From Verrucomicrobiales bacterium (GTDB lineage: Bacteria > Verrucomicrobiota > Verrucomicrobiia > Limisphaerales > UBA11358), in assembly GCA_028712475.1 (NCBI GenBank), contig JAQTQB010000005.1, positions 43,408 to 107,407 on the forward strand: a stretch of DNA of 64,000 nt, given 5' to 3'. The notes under the pieces are model-generated. The model did no database searches. It worked only from the letters and a program-made list of their open reading frames with translations, and had not been told where the DNA came from. Each line of letters begins with the position of its first letter. Position 1 is the first letter of the stretch. Position numbers and translations under genes: made by a program. This document shows, in pieces, positions 9,562 to 16,261 of the stretch.

Positions 9562-9673
9562 CGCTGAAGGCGCTACGGAAATTAGCCCAGGGTTGCGAGG
9601 TGGCCCGTCCGGCTCGGCCCGATCTACCCTGGGTAACTCGCAAAAAACAATTCCACCCTGAAGGGGTGGCGGA
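9562..9673. repeat. Structured repeat element, left copy (inverted partner at 14609-14707)
   Basis: The sequence cgctgaaggcgctacggaaattagcccagggttgcgagg...ctaccctgggtaactcgcaaaaaacaattccaccctgaaggggtggcgga matches the reverse complement of 14609-14707, apart from one 17-nt indel and scattered mismatches. It contains the small hairpins gcgc-tgaag-gcgc and ccaccc-tgaa-ggggtgg. It abuts the helicase stop codon. Confidence 0.85.
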
Positions 9674-9677
9674 AATT

Positions 9678-12600
9678 TTAGCTCGCAGCCGCAAGGTTCG
9701 GACGCAGATTCCACACAAAGCCGATTGAATCCAGTTGTTGTTTGCGGGCCGGAGAAATTTTGCCACGAAAGTTTGCCGTGCGCTGGCCATTGACCCATTT
9801 TCCAAGCCGCTTTTGCTCGAGCGAAATATGTTCGCGGGATTTTTGCGGGACGTTGCAATGACCGTGAATTTTTCTGAACTCGACGAGTGCTGTAAACATT
9901 CTCTCCCAACTCAATGGTTCAACGAGCATCCAAATAAAACCGAGTTCATCAAGCCGCTTGGCGCGTTCTGCCATAATTGGGCGTTTATATCGTTTCGCAG
10001 CCCTTTGGTTTCTAACCCATGTTCCGAGTTCCCGGTATTTGCCAGAACGTTGAGGCACATTTGTGTGACCATGCTCCTGCTTGAACTCGACCAACTGCCG
10101 AAAATATTTCTCCCAATGATTGCTGTTTGGATCCCAATCAAAGCCCAACTCATCGAGCCGACGGGATCGCTCCGCATCAAGCAATCCTTTATTATTGATC
10201 ACTCTTTGTTCTGAAACCCAATCTGCAAGTCTCGGATTTTCTTTGCAACGCTGGGGCACAAGACAATTCCCATGTGCTTGCTTGTATTGTTGGAGCGCGA
10301 GGAACATTGCGTCCCACGCCTGAGCAGCCGTCAGTATATTGCCGCGTTGATTGAGCATTGGCAGTGCGCCTCGTCGCTCAACAATCCACTCGAAGCCAAT
10401 TCCATCCAAAGCAGCCATGCGTTCAGCTTTTAATTCTCCATGCTTTTTGAATCGCCGTTGCGTGGCAACCCAGTTGGCAAGTTTGCGATTGCCTGACCAT
10501 TGCCCCGGAACTCGGCAATGACCATGCTCACTTTTGAATGCTTGGAGAGCTTCGAGCATTTTCCCCCAGCCCTCGTCATCGGATGAAACTCCACCATGTT
10601 GCGGCGACCAGTCGAAACCAAGTTCATCGAGTCGTGCAATCTGTGTTGAGTCAAGTTTCCCCTTTCGACGATCCCGGCGTTGAATTGTCACCCACCAGCC
10701 AAGCTTTCTATTCGGGACAAATTTCTGCGGGACATTTGCATGATCATTTTCCAGACGGAATTGTTTGAGCACTGCAAACATTGCTTCCCACGCTTGTCCG
10801 GGCGGTCGCCCACCAGACCAGCTAACGCGCCATGAGAATCCGAGCGCATCAAGTGCGGTGATGCGTTTGGCAGATAGTTTCCCAGCCACTTTGCGCGCTC
10901 TTTGAACTGCAACCCAACTGGCCAGCTTTGGATTCTTTGACCATTTCGTCGGAACGCGGCAGTGCCCGTGTTCAGAGTGGAATTGCCGGAGCATTTCAAA
11001 CATTTGTTCCCACTGTTTGGAAAGCGGTTGCCATTCAAAACCGATGCCGTTGAGCCTTTGTTCGCGCGCCGCGTCAAACTCGCCATTCTTTTTGAATTGC
11101 CGCTGGGTCACCATCCACCTTCGCAATTGCGCATCCATGACACTGTCACGCGGTTTTCCGTTGTGCATTGGCCGTAGATACTGAACCAACTTCGCGAACA
11201 TGGTTTCCCATTCACCATCATTCGTGTTCCAAGCAAAACCGATTTCGTCCATCTGCCGCACTTGGTCAGCCGTCAGGTTGTTCCGTTGCTTTGCTGCGCG
11301 CTGGTGATAAACCCACCGTGCCAGTTCTGGATTTGCCTGCCAATCGGCGGGAACATTGCAATGCCCGTGCAGCTTGAAGAATTCGCCCACTTCAGAAAAC
11401 ATCTCACTCCATGTGCGCGACACAGGTTTGTGAAAATCCGGCGGCAATTTCGGCGCTGGCGTGCTCTTGTTCCGCTGCCAAATAAATCCAACCGCATCCA
11501 AAGTGCGAAACCGCGCATCGCTTAATTGTCCGGTTTTTTTAGCCCTTCGCTGTGTCAACACCCAGCGGTTTAGCTTGGCCGTCTCGTCATCAATGACTCT
11601 CACGATTGAAGCGCCATTTGCAGACGCGCATTTTTTGAATCGCTCGAACATTTCAAACCACTGCTTGTCAGTGTTTGGAGGCGCAGGTGTCCATGGGAAA
11701 TCAATTTCGTCTAACCGCTTCTTAATTTCGACTGGCAGCGTTCCGTTCTTGAGTCGTCTCCGTTGCTCGGTCATCCAGTTCGCCAAGCCCGGATAATTTT
11801 TGTCGAGATGTGAAACTGCCAGATGTCCATGCTCGGCTTTATGTGCGAGCAGTGCTGCAATCCTCTCATTCAAATCTTTGGCCGGCGGCAAGGCGTTGGG
11901 CGCTTTCCACTCAAAGCCGATTGAGTTTAGTCGGCCTTCGTAGTCCTTGTTCAGTTTGCCTTGGTTGCCCTTGTATCTTTGGGCGGACACCCATCTACCG
12001 AGCAGTGGGTTCTCCTTCCATTTGACCGGCACAAGCGTGTGGCCAAACCGTTCTTTGTAAGCACACAACTCCGCGAATCGTTCATCCCAAGTAGCCACGC
12101 CACCCGTCCACTCAAATCCGATTTTCTCCAGCATCGCAATCCGTTCACTAGACAGCTTGTTGCGACCGTAATCAACGCGCTGGGAGCTGACCCACCTTGC
12201 AAGCTTCTTGTTTTCCTTCCAATTCAAAGGGACGAAGCAATTGCCAAAACGATTTCGGTAATCCAAGAGCGCAAGATAATATGTCCGCCATGTGCTGGCG
12301 TGCGGCGACCATTTGAATCCGATGCGGTCGAGCAGTGCGATTTTTTCTTCCTCTAGCACCCCATCTTTTTGCAGCACGCGCTGATTTACGACCCAAGTTG
12401 CAAGTTTCTGATTTTCCGGCCAACGGGCGGGCATGTCGCGATTCCCATGCTTCTGCTGATAAGCCAAGAGTTGTCCATAACGCTCAAACCAACCTTCACC
12501 AATCGCATCAAGACACGCAGCGGTAATTGATTGTCGCAAACTATCCAGCGAAATCTCCGGGCCAATCATTTCCAAGCGTTCACGAATACGACTTTCATCA

Positions 12601-14573
12601 AAGCCGCCAGTCCGTCCGCGTTGGATTCGCATATCGTCTATGATTTGCGACAGCAAATCATCCTGCTCTTTCAACGCTTGAAGGACTTTCCAAATCTCGT
12701 CGAAGTTGCTCCGCAGAACGGCTTGCTCAACCGTTTCGCCTCGCGTCTTCTCCACATAAAGCGGCACGAGCACATACCCGAATTGCTTGCCGGGCGACCG
12801 ACGCATCGCGCGACCAGTCGCTTGAACAATGTCAACCATGCTCCGGCGCGGCGCGAGAAACGCGACCATGTCAACCGCAGGCACGTCAACTCCTTCAGTC
12901 AAACATCTGGCGTTGGAAAGAATCGCGTGCGGCGCTGACTTGAACCCACGCATGACGCGCTCACGATAGGCGGTAGGCATCGCGCCTTCGATATGCTCGC
13001 AATGGAATCCCTGCAAATGATTGGAGATGCCCGCCGCTCCATCAGAGGTAAAAGATTTTGCGGCATCCACTCTTGAGTGAAACGTGAAAACCTTCGAGAC
13101 GTTGTATTTCTCAATGGCAGATTTTAGGGCGATTTGATTGGCAACCTGACGCGCTTTGATTTCTTCGCCTTTAACCAAGACAATCCCGCGCCGGAGCAAT
13201 TCGTCATTCACCATGTCAGAAGTAACTTCTGAAATGATGACTTTGTAATCAGAAATAATTCCTCGCTTCGCCGCCTCGCTGAATGGCAGACGGTAAACAA
13301 TCGGGCCGTAAGTCTCCCGTTTGTCCATCGAGAAAACAAGTTGGGCACCGCCATCTTTGTTTTTGGCGAGTGGATTGTAATGTCGCGGGGTGGCGGTCAC
13401 GAACAGACGTTTGTGGATGGAAATGTTTTTATCTTCCAGCGCAAAACCAAAGTTGCGGCCTTCGCGTCCGGCGGTCTTGTGCGCTTCATCAAACACGGCA
13501 AAGTCAAACGCCTCGCCCGGCTTCATCGCCCCGCCAACGACGGACGCGGATTGGTAGGTGGAGAAAATCATTTTCACGCCGGCAAAAGGTGCGTCCAGAA
13601 AACTCCGCACGCTCGCGGTGTCGGTGGAGACTTGAAAGTCGAGGTCGGATTGTTGCGTGGTGAGCGCGTCTATGCCTTCCTTCACGGTCGGGTCGGAGCA
13701 GACGCAGAGATAGGCGAGACCCGGCAATCGGGTTTCGCGCAGCCATTCGTGAAGGGTCTGCCGCAGCAACGCAAGCGAAGGCAGCAGGACGAGAATCTTG
13801 CAACCAGCATTGGTGGGGCGAGGCTCCTGACGAGCCGGTTCGGTGGAATTTCCAGCACGGCTCGCGGGGACGCTTGCCCCACAGGCCTTCGCAATATGTT
13901 CAGCCACCCAAAGTGCAACGAGCGTTTTGCCCGTGCCGCAAGCCATGATCGCGGAAACGCGGTCGTGTGTTTGCAGCGCGGGGAGCAAGGCGTCCAGCGC
14001 TTCGGTCTGGTGCGGGAGCGGTGATTTTTTCGGCGCGATGAAAGCGGTGTCGGCCAGCCACGCTTCCATCGCGCGGAAGTCACCGGCTTCCAAACGATCC
14101 AAGTCCGAGCCACGGATGCAGAAGAAACCCTGGCGGTCATTGAGGACGGCGGGCAGTTCGTCGCAGTTGGTGAGCAGCACGCGGCTGTGGATGCGCGAAC
14201 TATCGGCCAGTCCGATGAAGGTGGAGAGTTCACGCCACGTCAGCGCCGGGCGTCCGGTGCGGAACTTGATTTGATAGGCGTTGAACTGGCCGAGCAAAGT
14301 TTGCAACACGCCGTCCACGCCCTGATCCTGCTGCGTGAGGCCGAGATTTTTGAGGATGTCGAGCGGGACGGAACCGTGCGGCCAGACTTGCGCGGCGTCG
14401 TATTTCCGTTGCGTGGCGAGATAGGCTTCGGCGAAAACTTCAAACGCAGCACCGCGAGATTGCTCGTCGGGCAGCGCGGCAATCTTCTGTTCCAATTCAG
14501 CAAAGCTGGTCAGGCCAGAGAACAAATGTCGCTGGACGAAGAAGGTCGCTTTTGGATGGCGAGCCGTTGCCAT
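9678..14573 (-). CDS. Large nuclease-helicase: N-terminal PD-(D/E)xK-like module, SF2 (type III restriction Res-like, DEAH) helicase, and 13 tandem helicase-associated (HA) domain repeats
   Basis: 1631 aa. The N-terminus has FEVFAEAYL...GVDGVL...YQIKFR, a restriction-endonuclease-like D...(Q/E)xK pattern. Helicase motif I is ACGTGKT, motif II is FDEAHK and motif VI is QATGRAMR. Thirteen repeats of about 67 aa follow, with the pattern W-x3-F-x2-L-x2-(F/Y)-x4-GH-x2-VP ... L-x-WV-x2-QR ... L-x2-(I/L)GF-x-W. Confidence 0.9.
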   Translation of the reverse strand: MATARHPKATFFVQRHLFSGLTSFAELEQKIAALPDEQSRGAAFEVFAEAYLATQRKYDAAQVWPHGSVPLDILKNLGLTQQDQGVDGVLQTLLGQFNAYQIKFRTGRPALTWRELSTFIGLADSSRIHSRVLLTNCDELPAVLNDRQGFFCIRGSDLDRLEAGDFRAMEAWLADTAFIAPKKSPLPHQTEALDALLPALQTHDRVSAIMACGTGKTLVALWVAEHIAKACGASVPASRAGNSTEPARQEPRPTNAGCKILVLLPSLALLRQTLHEWLRETRLPGLAYLCVCSDPTVKEGIDALTTQQSDLDFQVSTDTASVRSFLDAPFAGVKMIFSTYQSASVVGGAMKPGEAFDFAVFDEAHKTAGREGRNFGFALEDKNISIHKRLFVTATPRHYNPLAKNKDGGAQLVFSMDKRETYGPIVYRLPFSEAAKRGIISDYKVIISEVTSDMVNDELLRRGIVLVKGEEIKARQVANQIALKSAIEKYNVSKVFTFHSRVDAAKSFTSDGAAGISNHLQGFHCEHIEGAMPTAYRERVMRGFKSAPHAILSNARCLTEGVDVPAVDMVAFLAPRRSMVDIVQATGRAMRRSPGKQFGYVLVPLYVEKTRGETVEQAVLRSNFDEIWKVLQALKEQDDLLSQIIDDMRIQRGRTGGFDESRIRERLEMIGPEISLDSLRQSITAACLDAIGEGWFERYGQLLAYQQKHGNRDMPARWPENQKLATWVVNQRVLQKDGVLEEEKIALLDRIGFKWSPHASTWRTYYLALLDYRNRFGNCFVPLNWKENKKLARWVSSQRVDYGRNKLSSERIAMLEKIGFEWTGGVATWDERFAELCAYKERFGHTLVPVKWKENPLLGRWVSAQRYKGNQGKLNKDYEGRLNSIGFEWKAPNALPPAKDLNERIAALLAHKAEHGHLAVSHLDKNYPGLANWMTEQRRRLKNGTLPVEIKKRLDEIDFPWTPAPPNTDKQWFEMFERFKKCASANGASIVRVIDDETAKLNRWVLTQRRAKKTGQLSDARFRTLDAVGFIWQRNKSTPAPKLPPDFHKPVSRTWSEMFSEVGEFFKLHGHCNVPADWQANPELARWVYHQRAAKQRNNLTADQVRQMDEIGFAWNTNDGEWETMFAKLVQYLRPMHNGKPRDSVMDAQLRRWMVTQRQFKKNGEFDAAREQRLNGIGFEWQPLSKQWEQMFEMLRQFHSEHGHCRVPTKWSKNPKLASWVAVQRARKVAGKLSAKRITALDALGFSWRVSWSGGRPPGQAWEAMFAVLKQFRLENDHANVPQKFVPNRKLGWWVTIQRRDRRKGKLDSTQIARLDELGFDWSPQHGGVSSDDEGWGKMLEALQAFKSEHGHCRVPGQWSGNRKLANWVATQRRFKKHGELKAERMAALDGIGFEWIVERRGALPMLNQRGNILTAAQAWDAMFLALQQYKQAHGNCLVPQRCKENPRLADWVSEQRVINNKGLLDAERSRRLDELGFDWDPNSNHWEKYFRQLVEFKQEHGHTNVPQRSGKYRELGTWVRNQRAAKRYKRPIMAERAKRLDELGFIWMLVEPLSWERMFTALVEFRKIHGHCNVPQKSREHISLEQKRLGKWVNGQRTANFRGKISPARKQQLDSIGFVWNLRPNLAAAS
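13813..13882. repeat. Imperfect 70-nt palindromic element in frame within the helicase gene, between motif I and motif Ia
   Basis: Arm 13813-13837 is gtggggcgaggctcctgacgagccg. The reverse complement of arm 13858-13882 is gtggggcaagcgtccccgcgagccg, a 19/25 match. The loop contains ggaattt, as does the bioA element loop. It encodes CGASVPASRAGNSTEPARQEPRPTN. Confidence 0.7.
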
Positions 14574-14608
14574 GCGGAAAGAGTATCAATTCATTCTGCG
14601 AAGAAAAG

Positions 14609-14707
14609 CCTCCGCCACCCCTTCAGGGTGGAAATAATTTTTGGGGCGTTTTCCTAGGGTAGCTCGTTCCTCGCAACCCTAGGCTAATTTCCGTTACGCC
14701 TTCAGCG
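14609..14707. repeat. Structured repeat element, right copy (inverted partner of 9562-9673)
   Basis: See 9562-9673. It begins 36 nt upstream of the helicase start codon. Confidence 0.85.
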
Positions 14708-14716
14708 TATTTGAAT

Positions 14717-14800
14717 TCACTTCGTCGTCTGCGGCGTTTCCTGAATCACTTTTTTCTGCTCCAGCTTTTCCAGCTTGGGCGCGATGAACAAGCCACAGTC
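14717..14800 (-). pseudogene. Relic duplicate of the msrA 3-prime end (last ~25 codons plus stop)
   Basis: The minus-strand frame reads ...CGLFIAPKLEKLEQKKVIQETPQTTK*. The C-terminus of the intact MsrA is ...GYCRVVIAPKLEKLEKAKVIQTEPQTGKN*. DNA 14729-14787 aligns with 15349-15407 at roughly 78% identity by hand alignment. Confidence 0.65.
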
Positions 14801-14810
14801 GCGCATCATT

Positions 14811-15065
14811 TCAGCGATACACTTCGCGCCTGTGCCCGACGGTGATGACGAGGATTTGCAAAACGCGGTCATGGATTTCGTAAATCACCCGGTAATCGCC
14901 GATGCGAATCCGCCACGCGTCGCGGCCTTTGAGTTTTTTCACGTCCTGCGGGCGCGGGTTGGTTTCCAATCCGGCCAGCCGCGCCAAAACCCGCCTGGCG
15001 ATTTCATCCGGCAGACGATCCAGTTCCTTCTGAACCGACTTGGGCAGGATGACTTAAAATTTCAT
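14811..15065 (-). pseudogene. RelE/ParE-family type II toxin with an in-frame TAA at codon 4
   Basis: The minus strand reads ATG AAA TTT TAA GTC ATC CTG..., giving MKF*VILPKSVQKELDRLPDEIARRVLARLAGLETNPRPQDVKKLKGRDAWRIRIGDYRVIYEIHDRVLQILVITVGHRREVYR*. The ATG overlaps the antitoxin stop in a classic ATGA junction. No ATG, GTG or TTG occurs in frame within the first ~35 codons after the stop; the first is GTG at 14951-14949, too far in to give a full-length toxin. Confidence 0.8.
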
Positions 15066-15292
15066 TTTGCCTTGCGGCTTCGGCTGGCGCGGTAGCTCGT
15101 CAGGGTGGCGCACTGGCCGGCGGCAACTTCGGAATGCGCCCGGTCGTGCAGGACGTCGTAAGCCTGTATGTCGGCCAATTCTTCTTCGGCTGCGCGAAGA
15201 TGCTCGTAAGTCTGCAAATCAAGCACGACGCCGGTGCGTTTGCCCTTGGCATCTGTGAGAAACTGTTCACTTTTGACGGCCAGCGTTTTCAT
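15062..15292 (-). CDS. Type II antitoxin (Phd/YefM- or RelB-like)
   Basis: 76 aa, MKTLAVKSEQFLTDAKGKRTGVVLDLQTYEHLRAAEEELADIQAYD.... It sits immediately upstream of the RelE/ParE-like frame with a 4-nt overlap. Confidence 0.75.
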   Translation of the reverse strand: MKTLAVKSEQFLTDAKGKRTGVVLDLQTYEHLRAAEEELADIQAYDVLHDRAHSEVAAGQCATLTSYRASRSRKAK

Positions 15293-15333
15293 TGGAAAAT
15301 TTTAACCGATTCCAAATTATTCGCAACTCGTTA

Positions 15334-16005
15334 CTAATTCTTCCCGGTCTGCGGCTCGGTTTGGATCACTTTTGCCTTCTCCAGTTTTTCCAGCTTGGGC
15401 GCGATGACGACCCGGCAATAGCCCTGGCTGGAATTGTTGTCGTAGTATTCCTGGTGATAATCCTCGGCCTTGTAAAATTTCTTGAGCGGCACGATTTCCG
15501 TGACGATGGGATTATGGAAATCCGCCTGCGCCGCCAGCTTGGATTTTTCCGCGAGCAGTTTCTGTTTCTCATCACGATACAAAATGATGGAGCGATACGA
15601 CGTGCCCACATCCGCGCCCTGACGGTTTAACGTGGTCGGGTCGTGCGCCTGCCAGAAAACTTCCAGCAGCTTGCTGTAGGAAATTTTTGCGGGATCAAAT
15701 TCAATCTCCGTGACCTCGGCGTGGCCGGTCGTCTCGGTGCAGACCTGCTGGTAGGTCGGATTTTCCGTGGTGCCGCCGGCAAAGCCGCTGGTCACGGAAA
15801 CCACGCCGGGCAGCCGTTCAAACACGGCCTCCATGCACCAGAAGCAGCCGCCGCCGAGATCGGCGATTTCAGTTTTGTTCGTCGCGGACATTTTGGATTC
15901 AGTTGTGTTTATAACTGACTTGGTTGATTGAGCCGGTTGTTCTGCACGCGAACAAGATAAATTCAACGCGCCTACAGCCAGCAGGAGAGGGAGAATGTTT
16001 TTCAT
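15334..16005 (-). CDS. msrA: Peptide-methionine (S)-S-oxide reductase MsrA with an N-terminal lipoprotein-type signal
   Basis: 223 aa with the signal/lipobox LLLAVGALNLSC and the catalytic GGGCFWCMEAVF. Confidence 0.93.
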   Translation of the reverse strand: MKNILPLLLAVGALNLSCSRAEQPAQSTKSVINTTESKMSATNKTEIADLGGGCFWCMEAVFERLPGVVSVTSGFAGGTTENPTYQQVCTETTGHAEVTEIEFDPAKISYSKLLEVFWQAHDPTTLNRQGADVGTSYRSIILYRDEKQKLLAEKSKLAAQADFHNPIVTEIVPLKKFYKAEDYHQEYYDNNSSQGYCRVVIAPKLEKLEKAKVIQTEPQTGKN

Positions 16006-16066
16006 TTTGGTTTCAATGTCTGCCGGTATGTCGCGCCCGAACAGGGGAACCTTACACCCTTTTCAA

Positions 16067-16261
16067 TCAATCCGCCTCGGGCTTGTCCAGATGCTGGCCG
16101 GGCGGCGGCGGCGGGGACGGATGGACTCCGCCGTGTTGCTCGCTTTCATTGTTGGCGGCATTTTTAGCCTGCTGCTTGGCAATTGAATAAGCCTGGGCAA
16201 ACGCGGAACCCGCCACAAGCAACGCACAGAAAAATGCGATGGGCGTTCTCATAAATGTCAA
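16067..16261 (-). CDS. Small secreted hypothetical protein (probable true start at the ATG at 16252)
   Basis: Signal peptide MRTPIAFFCALLVAGSAFAQA, then a proline run. It is directly adjacent to the prc stop. No family was recognised. Confidence 0.45.
   Translation of the reverse strand: MTFMRTPIAFFCALLVAGSAFAQAYSIAKQQAKNAANNESEQHGGVHPSPPPPPGQHLDKPEAD

Noticed and set aside
9562-14707. Calling the inverted-repeat-bracketed helicase an autonomous transposon or IS
   Set aside because: No transposase, integrase or recombinase is encoded between or beside the repeats, and I could not identify target-site duplications by eye. It is reported as a hypothesis only, not annotated as a mobile element.
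14775-15095. 106-aa plus-strand ORF listed in the track
   Set aside because: It is antisense to the RelE/ParE-like frame. The minus-strand translation has clear toxin-family features, and the plus-strand product has none.
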